From the IMG/VR virus record IMGVR_UViG_3300027710_000010, positions 117,763-181,762 of that record: a DNA stretch of 64,000 nt. One strand, given 5' to 3'. The notes beneath the pieces are model-generated. The model did no database searches, was not told the DNA's origin, and saw only the letters and a program-made list of their open reading frames with translations. The stretch's first letter is position 1, and every line of letters starts with the position of its first letter. Positions 28,333 to 37,010 of the stretch are shown here, one piece after another. The stretch is from a virus (Duplodnaviria; Heunggongvirae; Uroviricota; Caudoviricetes). Both the position numbers and the translations under genes were made by a program.

Positions 28333-29066
28333 TCGCAGTTCCATTTACGTAGTGCTAATGCTTTGCGAGTTGGCTTGCCATTAGGCTTTTTCATAGCGCC
28401 CTTCATACCGCCCATTCTAGCACAGAAGCTCTTACGGCGTTTGGCTGCTTTGCTGCCAGGCTTTAGTTTACTGGGCTTAGTAGTCACTGCCATTTGTAAT
28501 TTGCTACCTGGATTCTCACGACGATAACTAGCAACACCTTTAGCGTTCAGGCCACCCTTCTTGCTTTTGCCCTTGCTTGTTCTCCAAGCGGCTGCTTCGT
28601 CTAGTAGTTCACTATCATCAACTGACTCTAGGTCATCCCATATTACATCAGCATCAACGCCGTGTGCTTCAGCTAAATGTGCAACCATTTCTTCTATCAT
28701 ATCAAACTGCTGATCTAGTTCTTCGTTGATTAAACCACTTAGCTTTCTAATACGAGTTAGCTCACTGTCTTCATTGTAGTTGTCGTGTTTGTCGCGGATA
28801 GCATCTAGCTTCTTTTCACTAGCACCTTCACGGCCAGCTTTGGCCAATGCTTTCATTCCGTCTTTACCGTACTTTTCATTACCTTTGGCAGCACGGCTCA
28901 TAGTTTTCTTTTCACCGGCCTCTGATACTGATTCAGCTGGAACACAGTTGTTCACACGTACTCCGCCCTTGACTTTGGTCTTGGGATTGCCGATCTTCTT
29001 ACCCGTCCAGCATTTGGCATCCAGTCTCTGTTTAACAGATTCGTTGATTAGTTCTTTTAGTTTCAT
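28329..29066 (-). CDS. modular basic virion-associated protein
   Basis: MKLKELINE; CW..K..VNNCVP, GLNAKGVASYRRENPGSKL and RRKSFCARM modules. Confidence 0.75.
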   Translation of the reverse strand: MKLKELINESVKQRLDAKCWTGKKIGNPKTKVKGGVRVNNCVPAESVSEAGEKKTMSRAAKGNEKYGKDGMKALAKAGREGASEKKLDAIRDKHDNYNEDSELTRIRKLSGLINEELDQQFDMIEEMVAHLAEAHGVDADVIWDDLESVDDSELLDEAAAWRTSKGKSKKGGLNAKGVASYRRENPGSKLQMAVTTKPSKLKPGSKAAKRRKSFCARMGGMKGAMKKPNGKPTRKALALRKWNCE

Positions 29067-29090
29067 ACTAAACCTCTTGCGATTTAATAT

Positions 29091-29918
29091 TTAGCTAGAC
29101 TCGTAGTCCATCCATTCGTAAACATTAAGCCATTTACGTGCGCCCACAGTCTCTTTTAAGTGCTTTAAATCCGCACAGGTTTTGACACGCATCCGGGGTA
29201 GTTCTACAGCAGGTACAGATTCTACTTCAACAGGCACGCCTTCTTGTTCTGCTATGTACTCTGCTATGTCTAGAAACGAGTGCGGCAATCCTGAGCCCAC
29301 GTTCCAGATCCCGCTGCCTTTAACTGTATTGATAAAGTCTAACTGTAGCTGACAGATGTCCCCAACCCACGTCCAGTCACGCTTGATAGTCTCAGCAGTA
29401 TCCCATACCGTTATCTTGCCTTCCTTACGAGCTTGTTGACGCCACTTGTGCATGGCGTTTGCACGGCGTCCTCTAAGGTGCATCCACTTGCCGTAGACAT
29501 TAAAGTAACGGAAGCCCTGTACCATTACGTGTTGCTCTTGTTGGAACACCCAACGATCAAATAGATACTTGCTCCAAGCATATGGAGTTTGAGGATTGCA
29601 CGGAGCGTACTCACTAAAGTCCTTAGTGTTGCCATATACGCTACTGGAACTAGCATACTGTAAGTTTACCCCGTGTGCGTTACATTCATTGAACAGATGC
29701 TGACTAAACTCTAAGTTCTGTCGCATGATTGCATCTACATCAGTACAGGTCATATCTGCAATGGCACCTAAGTGTATGACCCAATCGTATGGCGTCACGT
29801 CTGGAAATTGGTTTGGATCCCAATCGTAGCCGTCAACTTGAAACCCTTCTTGTTTACTCAAAAAGGCTATCATGTTCCGGCCAATAAACCCCAAATGGCC
29901 TGTTACTAGTATTTTCAT
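29091..29918 (-). CDS. rfaD: ADP-L-glycero-D-manno-heptose 6-epimerase-like NAD-dependent epimerase
   Basis: ILVTGHLGFIG, YASSSSVYG, YAWSK and GFRYFNVYG motifs. Confidence 0.8.
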   Translation of the reverse strand: MKILVTGHLGFIGRNMIAFLSKQEGFQVDGYDWDPNQFPDVTPYDWVIHLGAIADMTCTDVDAIMRQNLEFSQHLFNECNAHGVNLQYASSSSVYGNTKDFSEYAPCNPQTPYAWSKYLFDRWVFQQEQHVMVQGFRYFNVYGKWMHLRGRRANAMHKWRQQARKEGKITVWDTAETIKRDWTWVGDICQLQLDFINTVKGSGIWNVGSGLPHSFLDIAEYIAEQEGVPVEVESVPAVELPRMRVKTCADLKHLKETVGARKWLNVYEWMDYESS

Positions 29919-29941
29919 TATTCGATATTTATTGATAGGTG

Positions 29942-29970
29942 TTGACAATGTAAAAATTATAGCATATAAT
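29942..29970 (+). promoter_or_regulatory. sigma70-type promoter
   Basis: TTGACA-17 nt-TATAAT; ATG 7 nt downstream. Confidence 0.8.
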
Positions 29971-29976
29971 AAGCGC

Positions 29977-30447
29977 ATGGACAAATACAAAGACTTTCCT
30001 GAACAACCTAAAACTATGTCAGAGGCTGAGGGCGAAGCACTGTTTCAAAACATGTTGAAACAGATCGCCAAGTTCAAGCCCGACGAGATCATTGCTGTTA
30101 ACCGCAGTGGCTTTAGCTATGCCATGTGGGTAGCGCAAATACTTAAACTACCACTGGGTGCATACTGGCCTAAAGATGGTAAATTGATTGCACAAGACAC
30201 TAGCAAGCGATTGGTCTTTGTTGATGACAACATACTGCAAGGTACAACCTTTTTGGATACTAAACAGTTTATGGATGGCTATCAACATGAGTGGCGTTGG
30301 GCTGTACTATTCAGTGACTGGCACACACCAGAAGCTGTTCGAAATGAAATTATACAAGGCGCACGGCTTCCGTACTTTGCTGAAGAACCCATGTGGGGCA
30401 GTCGTAAAGTTAGTGCTGACTATGGAGTGAGATATCGAGATGAGTAA
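29977..30447 (+). CDS. phosphoribosyltransferase-like protein
   Basis: IIAVNRSG and LVFVDDNILQGTTF (PRPP-binding loop) motifs. Confidence 0.7.
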   Translation: MDKYKDFPEQPKTMSEAEGEALFQNMLKQIAKFKPDEIIAVNRSGFSYAMWVAQILKLPLGAYWPKDGKLIAQDTSKRLVFVDDNILQGTTFLDTKQFMDGYQHEWRWAVLFSDWHTPEAVRNEIIQGARLPYFAEEPMWGSRKVSADYGVRYRDE

Positions 30448-30835
30448 AATTGCATATGACTTAGATGGCGTGTTGGTACCTGACTGTAATCAAATCCCAT
30501 CAATTGGCGGGCTTGATGACTTCTACGCCCTGACCCATTACATGCGACCCTTGTTTAAACCTGAGGGCGAGTGGAGCATCATTACAGCACGAGATCCAAA
30601 ATATAGATTCAATACAATGGATTGGGTAAACGCACATTTTGATAATAAGCCCAATCGAGTTTGGCACGAAATTGGAGACATGGCCCCTGCTATCTATAAA
30701 GCAGAAGTCATTAACCAAAATGGAATTGAGTTCTATATTGAGAGTGATGCTGGCATTGTTGAGTATCTTTCAAATCATACCCAAGCAATCGTAATACATT
30801 TTGATAAATTTTGTAGCCAAAGTTTTGCCTTTTAA
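30440..30835 (+). CDS. HAD-superfamily hydrolase
   Basis: AYDLDGVL, IITAR, YKAEVI and FYIESD motifs. Confidence 0.75.
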   Translation: MSKIAYDLDGVLVPDCNQIPSIGGLDDFYALTHYMRPLFKPEGEWSIITARDPKYRFNTMDWVNAHFDNKPNRVWHEIGDMAPAIYKAEVINQNGIEFYIESDAGIVEYLSNHTQAIVIHFDKFCSQSFAF

Positions 30836-30838
30836 CCA

Positions 30839-30867
30839 TTGACTTGTTCCAATAGTGGTGCTATAAT
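30839..30867 (+). promoter_or_regulatory. sigma70-type promoter
   Basis: TTGACT-17 nt-TATAAT with extended -10 TG. Confidence 0.75.
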
Positions 30868-30898
30868 AACAACATAGCAACCACATAGAAAGAGTTAA

Positions 30899-31114
30899 AT
30901 GCGAACACTTTTGTTACTTTCAGTAATTCTAATTACTGGTTGCAGTTCATTGCCTAGGCCCTTGTGTCCAGGTACACGCTCGTACGATCCACAGTACTGC
31001 CGTGGTCAAGAATTCCAACGACTCAGCAACTTTCCCAACGAAGCATTACAACGCGAAGCAAAATGTAATGCTAACATTCAGCCGCACATTAATTGTATTT
31101 GGGGCCGCCCATGA
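30899..31114 (+). CDS. small lipoprotein
   Basis: ITGC lipobox. Confidence 0.65.
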   Translation: MRTLLLLSVILITGCSSLPRPLCPGTRSYDPQYCRGQEFQRLSNFPNEALQREAKCNANIQPHINCIWGRP

Positions 31115-31458
31115 AAATTAAAATTAAGAACACAATGTGGGATCGCAGAGCCGCATACTTCTTTGAGATCAAAGAGTTTAATGAGTATGAGGGAGATGAA
31201 GTTAAGGTCAAATGGTGCAAACCGCATGAGATCGCAGTTAGCACAGACAATCCTGAATTTCCCTTCCGTATTTTACAACGTGTTAACATTGTAGAGATTG
31301 ATGGGCTACCATACGCTTACGATGTTAAGCCTAAGGTAGAACAAGTTCGACTGGTAACAGGTAGTAACGGTAAAGTTTATGAAGTAACTTCGCATAGTTG
31401 CACATGTCCAGGTTTTACATTCCGTGGAACTTGTAAACACATTGGAGTTAAAGAATGA
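31111..31458 (+). CDS. SWIM zinc-finger protein
   Basis: C-terminal CTCPGFTFRGTCKH. Confidence 0.8.
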   Translation: MKIKIKNTMWDRRAAYFFEIKEFNEYEGDEVKVKWCKPHEIAVSTDNPEFPFRILQRVNIVEIDGLPYAYDVKPKVEQVRLVTGSNGKVYEVTSHSCTCPGFTFRGTCKHIGVKE

Positions 31459-31919
31459 AATTAGTAAAAGGTGATTTACTAACACTGGCCGAAGCAGGAG
31501 AGTTTGATGCTATTGTGCATGGCTGTAACTGTTTCTGTACTATGGGTGCTGGTATTGCCAAACAGATTAAAGAACAATATCCAGATGCCTGGGATCAAGA
31601 TGCAAGGACCATGTCAGGTGACATCTTCAAGCTAGGCAACTGGACAGAATTTAACACAGGCAAATTTGTTATCATAAATGCCTATACACAATTTGGTATG
31701 AGTAAAACTGGCGAAGATGTATTTGAGTACACCTCTTTTGAACTTATACTACAAAAACTTGCACACCTGTATGGCAAGAATCGTTTTGGGTTTCCCCTAA
31801 TTGGTATGGGTCTCGCTGGTGGCGACAAGCAACGAATATTTGGATTGCTTGAATGGTTTAGTGACGAGTGTGCTAAACAAGGTGGCAAGGTAACTGTCGT
31901 AGAATACAAAGGAACATAA
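31455..31919 (+). CDS. macro domain (ADP-ribose binding/hydrolase) protein
   Basis: VKGDLL, IVHGCNCFCTMGAGIAK and FPLIGMGLAGG motifs. Confidence 0.88.
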   Translation: MKLVKGDLLTLAEAGEFDAIVHGCNCFCTMGAGIAKQIKEQYPDAWDQDARTMSGDIFKLGNWTEFNTGKFVIINAYTQFGMSKTGEDVFEYTSFELILQKLAHLYGKNRFGFPLIGMGLAGGDKQRIFGLLEWFSDECAKQGGKVTVVEYKGT

Positions 31920-32095
31920 TGGAACCAAAATACTTGTACACAATCAAATGGACTCAGCCATATGCTACAAACTTCCAGCGGCCATACATGCGTGGACTGC
32001 AAGAACAAATGGAACAGGTAGTTGAGCATTGGCTTGAAGATGGCGACTTCACTGAGGCAAAAGAAGTAATTGACCGAATCAAACGACACAGTTAA
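31919..32095 (+). CDS. hypothetical protein (58 aa)
   Basis: Hand-translated MEPKYLYTIKWTQPY...; TAATG coupling. Confidence 0.6.
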   Translation: MEPKYLYTIKWTQPYATNFQRPYMRGLQEQMEQVVEHWLEDGDFTEAKEVIDRIKRHS

Positions 32096-32327
32096 CATTC
32101 CAAAACTTGTATCGGAATATCTAGCACGGTTCCCTTACGTATATAAAATACCTAAGAACTGTGACGAGTATGATGATATAAAGCTGTGGTGTGAGCAAAA
32201 GTTCAATCACGAGTTTAAAGATTGGTTTTGGTTTCCAGGTGGGCGGTATGATGATCATGCCAATCTACATATTGTGCATGAAAGATGGAACACCTTGTTT
32301 ATTTTAAGGTGGGGCGATAAGATATGA
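32070..32327 (+). CDS. W..E.FG/F.L.W paralog family protein
   Basis: IKLWCEQKF...LFILRWG. Confidence 0.65.
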   Translation: MTESNDTVNIPKLVSEYLARFPYVYKIPKNCDEYDDIKLWCEQKFNHEFKDWFWFPGGRYDDHANLHIVHERWNTLFILRWGDKI

Positions 32328-32533
32328 AAATGTTAAAATGTGATGTGGGTATGTTTAAACTTCCAGGCATTATTCTCAGTGCTGAAGAAGATGAAGAACT
32401 CACTGAAGAAAAGTTAAATGAAATCGAGGAATGGTGTAAGAGTGAACAGGGCACCGGTACACGCATGACTGGAACTATGTGGAGTTTCAGAAAAGAAAGT
32501 CAAAGAGAATGGTTCATCTTGAAATGGTCATGA
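32324..32533 (+). CDS. W..E.FG/F.L.W paralog family protein
   Basis: IEEWCKSEQG...WSFRKESQREWFILKWS. Confidence 0.7.
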   Translation: MKMLKCDVGMFKLPGIILSAEEDEELTEEKLNEIEEWCKSEQGTGTRMTGTMWSFRKESQREWFILKWS

Positions 32534-32886
32534 ATTCTTTTCAAAGAAAACTGTTAATCGACATCGAGTCTGGCGGAATAAAGCCAGGTGAGATGATGAT
32601 TATATCAGCTGGCAGAGGCACAGGCAAGTCTACATTTAACGCAATGTACGGCAAACTATGGAACGATATAATGGATAAGCCACTAGTAATGCGTTGGCAA
32701 CAACTACCTGGACGTAAGGTAAAAGCTCACATAACAGATACTAGCCGCGGCCTCAGAGATGCTGACATGGATGAAGTACAAAAATGGATTTGGACTAACA
32801 TACCTACAGCCAAACGGCTTAGCTTTGACATGTGGTTATTCAAAGAGGACAAACACATTACAATGTTTTTAATGAAGTGGTCATGA
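32530..32886 (+). CDS. paralog family protein with N-terminal Walker-A-like segment
   Basis: AGRGTGKST; VQKWIWTN...WLFKEDKHITMFLMKWS. Confidence 0.65.
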   Translation: MNSFQRKLLIDIESGGIKPGEMMIISAGRGTGKSTFNAMYGKLWNDIMDKPLVMRWQQLPGRKVKAHITDTSRGLRDADMDEVQKWIWTNIPTAKRLSFDMWLFKEDKHITMFLMKWS

Positions 32887-33236
32887 TTAAAAAGAAAATG
32901 TTAACCGACAAGTCCGGCAAGCTGGCCGATGCGTACATTGAAGCGGCAGCTCGACAAATGGCCAAAGATATCGACACCGAGGTGCTTATGACAAGCATGG
33001 AATGGAAGCCGTTTGAATTAAGTGAAGGACGTGTATATGGTGCTCGTTACCTAACAGTACACCCCAGTAACGGTGCTAGGTGGAACGACATGATGGCGTG
33101 GATGGTGGAAACATTTGGTCCTACTGCACATGACGGAGTATGGACACCTGGTATGCGTTGGTATGCTAACAATGCTAAGTTTTGGTTTCGAAACGAAAAA
33201 GATCTTAACTGGTTTATTATGAAGTGGAACTCATAA
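32883..33236 (+). CDS. W..E.FG/F.L.W paralog family protein
   Basis: MAWMVETFGP...RWY...FWFRNEKDLNWFIMKW. Confidence 0.75.
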   Translation: MIKKKMLTDKSGKLADAYIEAAARQMAKDIDTEVLMTSMEWKPFELSEGRVYGARYLTVHPSNGARWNDMMAWMVETFGPTAHDGVWTPGMRWYANNAKFWFRNEKDLNWFIMKWNS

Positions 33237-33460
33237 TGATTGTACAAGAAAGAAAAAGCAAATACAAACATAAAATTACTGTGCCACGCACATGGGCAAT
33301 TGGTGATATTAGTGAAAGATCTATGAGGGAATGGTGCGAGATCACGTTTGGACCTGGAGGTCGTAAACAACGATGGCGATTTGGGTGGGTTGATGATAAC
33401 AACACTTTTTATTTCCGTAACAGTAAAGATGCCATGCTGTTTACATTAAAGTGGTCGTGA
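33236..33460 (+). CDS. W..E.FG/F.L.W paralog family protein
   Basis: REWCEITFGP...RWR...FYFRNSKDAMLFTLKWS. Confidence 0.75.
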   Translation: MIVQERKSKYKHKITVPRTWAIGDISERSMREWCEITFGPGGRKQRWRFGWVDDNNTFYFRNSKDAMLFTLKWS

Positions 33461-33466
33461 AACAAA

Positions 33467-33649
33467 ATGAACGAATACACTGGTATCCTAGTTGACAATG
33501 TTCCCACCAATGTGTTAGTATGGCTTGTAGACACATATGGCCCTATGGGCCAAAGATGGTTTGTAGTAAACAATACCATTTACTTTAAAGATCCAAAGGA
33601 TTACTTTTGGTTCGAACTAAGATGGACAATAGTAGATGAAACAATTTAG
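33467..33649 (+). CDS. W..E.FG/F.L.W paralog family protein
   Basis: LVWLVDTYGP..QRWF...IYFKDPKDYFWFELRW. Confidence 0.75.
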   Translation: MNEYTGILVDNVPTNVLVWLVDTYGPMGQRWFVVNNTIYFKDPKDYFWFELRWTIVDETI

Positions 33650-34004
33650 AGAAGAAGCTTCTAGAGATTTAAAATACTTTGAGAGTAAGTTTGAAGCACG
33701 TATTGAAGACAGCAAAGAATATAGACAGTATACAAGACGTATGCCTTACTACATGTGGGATGGTAAGATACCATTTGAGTCTGAAACTCAAGTAGTTCCT
33801 ATGAAGTGCATTCATCTAACTATCGACAATCTTGATCGTTTGATTAGAGAACAAGAACGTATGGAACATATGGAAGACGATGCTAACTACGGCAAGAAGA
33901 TTGTCAATATGTTACATGCTGACGAGCGTGTGCGTGATAGTAATCCAGCGGTAGCTAAAGCATATCGCAATTACCTAACGCTTTTAGAACTAGCAAGGAA
34001 ATAA
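33636..34004 (+). CDS. hypothetical protein (NPxxxKAY family)
   Basis: C-terminal SNPAVAKAYRNYLTLLEL. Confidence 0.7.
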   Translation: MKQFREEASRDLKYFESKFEARIEDSKEYRQYTRRMPYYMWDGKIPFESETQVVPMKCIHLTIDNLDRLIREQERMEHMEDDANYGKKIVNMLHADERVRDSNPAVAKAYRNYLTLLELARK

Positions 34005-34005
34005 A

Positions 34006-34389
34006 ATGATTAAAGGAATTAATTCAAGTGGACGTTACTTAACTGTATCAGGCGGTAGCCCGTCTAATACCTACATCAGTCCTGGAGCAGTAGGTTCAGG
34101 CATGATGCGATATAATGGCAACATGAACTGTATTGAAGTTAATGACGGCAACTCATGGATACAGCTACAGTCGAATTATGCTACGGTTGAACTAAGTCCG
34201 GATAGTGAATCGTTACTCGAATGGGCACGTAAAGAGCGCGACAAACAATGGGCTCGTGATGAAAGAATCCGCAAAAACCCAGCACTGAAGAAAGCATACG
34301 AAGCTATCCAACGTGCAGAAGCCAACTTTGATATCTTAGATAAGATTGTTGGCGAAACACAATACGATGAAGTACAGGCATCGCCATGA
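34006..34389 (+). CDS. hypothetical protein (NPxxxKAY family)
   Basis: GMMRYNGNMNCIEVNDG; KNPALKKAYE. Confidence 0.7.
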   Translation: MIKGINSSGRYLTVSGGSPSNTYISPGAVGSGMMRYNGNMNCIEVNDGNSWIQLQSNYATVELSPDSESLLEWARKERDKQWARDERIRKNPALKKAYEAIQRAEANFDILDKIVGETQYDEVQASP

Positions 34390-34574
34390 AAGTAATTGAC
34401 TTAGGTGAACTGAGAAAGTTCAAAAACAATCCTCATTTAGATCGACGACAAGCAGTCAACTGGTTGCTTGAGCGACTAGGCCCTTGTGGTGATAGATGGA
34501 ATATGAAAGAACTAAAGTACATTGAATTCCGTAAGGATAGGGACGCTGACCTGTTCCTATTAACATGGACATGA
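34386..34574 (+). CDS. W..E.FG/F.L.W paralog family protein
   Basis: VNWLLERLGP..DRW...IEFRKDRDADLFLLTW. Confidence 0.75.
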   Translation: MKVIDLGELRKFKNNPHLDRRQAVNWLLERLGPCGDRWNMKELKYIEFRKDRDADLFLLTWT

Positions 34575-34575
34575 C

Positions 34576-34950
34576 ATGGCTCTTGGTCCTAAGAACACAA
34601 TGTTTGACATGTACAGCAGTCCCATGCCTGACGAGTTTAAACGTTTCAAAAATATAAACAAATTTATGGTTATTGACGACAAAGTATATGAGATACATGA
34701 TGTAGTTGTACACATGTTTCGAATGGGTGATGTTGAAGATCCAGATCTGTATGCCGCTGAACCACTTTGGAATTGGCAACAAAGTGAAATTGGACAGTGG
34801 GTCATGGAGCGCAGTATGGACACTCCCGTTTGGCATCGAATTGGTGATCCTATGAACTATGGATACACTTATCGAATTACAGCCAAATTGAAAGGTCCAG
34901 ACTATACTTATTGGACACTCAAATACGCTGACACTGTTAAATTACCTTGA
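34576..34950 (+). CDS. conserved hypothetical protein (divergent family member)
   Basis: FRMGDVEDPDLYAAEPLWNWQQSE.GQWVM..YWTLKY. Confidence 0.7.
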   Translation: MALGPKNTMFDMYSSPMPDEFKRFKNINKFMVIDDKVYEIHDVVVHMFRMGDVEDPDLYAAEPLWNWQQSEIGQWVMERSMDTPVWHRIGDPMNYGYTYRITAKLKGPDYTYWTLKYADTVKLP

Positions 34951-34975
34951 CACACTGACTGATCTAGTGTATAAT
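34947..34975 (+). promoter_or_regulatory. sigma70 promoter for the tRNA-Arg operon
   Basis: TTGACA-17 nt-TATAAT; its TGA is the stop codon of the upstream ORF. Confidence 0.8.
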
Positions 34976-34986
34976 TAACTTAAGAA

Positions 34987-35061
34987 CTGCCCATAGCACA
35001 AGGGATAGTGCAGTAGCCTTCTAAGCTATAGATCCAGGTTCGAGTCCTGGTGGGCAGGCCA
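34987..35061 (+). tRNA. trnR: tRNA-Arg(TCT)
   Basis: Acceptor CTGCCCA/TGGGCAG, anticodon loop CTTCTAA, T-loop GGTTCGAGTCC, encoded CCA. Confidence 0.95.
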
Positions 35062-35081
35062 TTAACACAGACAGGTTCAGT

Positions 35082-35549
35082 ATGAATAAGATTTATTACG
35101 AAAAGGTTGGACGTAAGTATGTGCCTGTGGCTGAATACGACAGCCAATTTATGGATAGCTTTCCAAAGGGTAATCATCTAGTAATGAGTTACCCGGGCGG
35201 CGCCAGTCGCCGTTTTAACATTGACCCCAACTATGCCGCAATGATTGCCGCTGGTCGAGTAGCAGAAGATGCCATCTGTCGCGCTATCAGTAAGGCTTCT
35301 GAATTGCGTCCTCAGGTTACACCTCTTACCAAGCAACAAAAAGCCGCATGGGAAAAACTTAAAGAAGCATTTGGTGACGAGATCACTACACTTCGCGGAC
35401 TCAGCATTCACGACTGTGCAGAAGCTGGAGTCAAAGCCATGCAAGACGAAGCAGATAAATTATTAAGTAATCCAAGTGTTCGTAAAGCCTACGATAGATT
35501 CTTGTTGATTGCAGAACTGACGAGGGAGCAACAAAAAAATGGAAATTAA
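35082..35549 (+). CDS. conserved phage hypothetical protein (NPxxxKAY family)
   Basis: YYEKVGRKYVPV; SNPSVRKAYDRFLL. Confidence 0.75.
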   Translation: MNKIYYEKVGRKYVPVAEYDSQFMDSFPKGNHLVMSYPGGASRRFNIDPNYAAMIAAGRVAEDAICRAISKASELRPQVTPLTKQQKAAWEKLKEAFGDEITTLRGLSIHDCAEAGVKAMQDEADKLLSNPSVRKAYDRFLLIAELTREQQKNGN

Positions 35550-35718
35550 AATTGGCAGTATATGGTCCGGTGGTGATCGTAAGTTATTCAAAGTTAAGGG
35601 CCTAGTTGAAACGCCAGAAGGTATGTGGGTCCACTATGAGCAAATGGGCACTGATCAATCGTACAACTGTTTGACTAGTGCATTTACTACTCGCTTTACT
35701 CAAATTGTTAATCAATAA
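35539..35718 (+). CDS. hypothetical protein (59 aa)
   Basis: Hand-translated MEIKIGSIWSGGDRKLFKV...; GGGAG RBS. Confidence 0.65.
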   Translation: MEIKIGSIWSGGDRKLFKVKGLVETPEGMWVHYEQMGTDQSYNCLTSAFTTRFTQIVNQ

Positions 35719-35726
35719 GGAATATC

Positions 35727-36098
35727 ATGGACGCACTTCTCGTACTGGTTATTGTTGTGGCTGCATTTGGAGCAGGATTTGTCTTGGGAGAGCTAAGTCA
35801 AGCACATAAGTTTATTCAAAAGATCAGCACAGATCCGGACAACATGATCAACATGCTGAACAAACTCAAAGTTGAGTTGGCTCGTCTTAAGGAATTGGAA
35901 GCTACTGGTGCTCCGTTGGACAGTATTGAAGTTAAACTGGAACAACAAGGTGCCATGTACTACTGCTATCGAGCAGAAACGAATGAGTTCCTTGGGCAGA
36001 ATACTGACCGCGATGAACTGCTCAAAGCTGTTAGCCAAAAATTAAATAATGCAAACATTTTGGCTAAACAAGCCAAAGAAATCAACCAAACTGCTTGA
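35727..36098 (+). CDS. membrane-anchored hypothetical protein
   Basis: N-terminal TM helix; YYCYRAETNEFLGQ. Confidence 0.7.
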   Translation: MDALLVLVIVVAAFGAGFVLGELSQAHKFIQKISTDPDNMINMLNKLKVELARLKELEATGAPLDSIEVKLEQQGAMYYCYRAETNEFLGQNTDRDELLKAVSQKLNNANILAKQAKEINQTA

Positions 36099-36123
36099 CC
36101 TGCTGGTATAGTAATGCTATACT
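36095..36123 (+). promoter_or_regulatory. sigma70-type promoter
   Basis: TTGACC-17 nt-TATACT; contains the upstream stop codon. Confidence 0.75.
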
Positions 36124-36170
36124 AGTCTTACGTTGGTGATACGCACCGACACACACAAATAGGAAACAAC

Positions 36171-36443
36171 ATGAAATATTTTAATCCAGAAACTAAGACT
36201 TTTAAACTTTTTAACGCATTGTACAAAGGTCAGGCAGTTACAGCCGCTCAAGCAGAAAAGCGTTTTGGCATCAAGAACATTGCGGCAGAAGCCAGCCGTA
36301 TCCGTAGCAATGGCTATGCAGTTTATACCAACAACCGCACAGCAGGCAATGGTGTTACTGTTACTGAATACGTAATGGGCAAGCCAAGCCGTGAAATCGT
36401 TGCTCTTGGTTACAAAGCCAAGTCACTAGGCATTTCACTTTAA
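36171..36443 (+). CDS. winged-helix DNA-binding protein
   Basis: VTAAQAEKRFGIKNIAAEASRIRSNGYAVY; own promoter and terminator. Confidence 0.7.
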   Translation: MKYFNPETKTFKLFNALYKGQAVTAAQAEKRFGIKNIAAEASRIRSNGYAVYTNNRTAGNGVTVTEYVMGKPSREIVALGYKAKSLGISL

Positions 36444-36463
36444 TACTGTACTAGCTACAGATT

Positions 36464-36494
36464 AAACAAAAGCACCTTAGGGTGCTTTTTGTTT
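36464..36494 (+). terminator. Rho-independent terminator
   Basis: AAAAGCACC-TTAG-GGTGCTTTTT. Confidence 0.85.
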
Positions 36495-36509
36495 GATAAA
36501 TATTAGACT

Positions 36510-37010
36510 ATGAACAAACCATTTAAACTTGCATTCTTTGGCGACGCTATCTGTACAGAAAGCCGCGCTGTTCCCACTGTTGATACATTCGTGGATATTA
36601 TCAAGAAACACTATGGTGCTGATTGTACACTGGTACATCAAGGCACTGCTGGTGGTGTTACTATTCCCGAGATGTTAGACCAAATCCGAGCTACGGAGAT
36701 GGACATTGCCTGTGTGTTCTATGGACACGAAATCAATGCCAATGCCAATTTGTATAAAGATCACCAAGCATCAATTGAACTTGAATTGAAAAATCGTAAT
36801 ATAGCTACTGTACATTTTGTACACAAGTTTCACGACAATCACACGTTCACGTGGGGCCTTACTGATGAGCTTGTATCCAAGTACTCGGATCTAACCCGTA
36901 CTGAACGAGTTGTTACCAACTACGAATCCAGTGACAACGGCATCGACTTTGTGGGCAACAACTTAGCGGCTGAGCGTATAATCAAATATATTGATCAGCT
37001 ACGTGCTTAA
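36510..37010 (+). CDS. SGNH-hydrolase-like hypothetical protein
   Basis: AFFGDAICT, G.AGG and C-terminal GNNLAAERI; TAAATA box upstream. Confidence 0.5.
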   Translation: MNKPFKLAFFGDAICTESRAVPTVDTFVDIIKKHYGADCTLVHQGTAGGVTIPEMLDQIRATEMDIACVFYGHEINANANLYKDHQASIELELKNRNIATVHFVHKFHDNHTFTWGLTDELVSKYSDLTRTERVVTNYESSDNGIDFVGNNLAAERIIKYIDQLRA

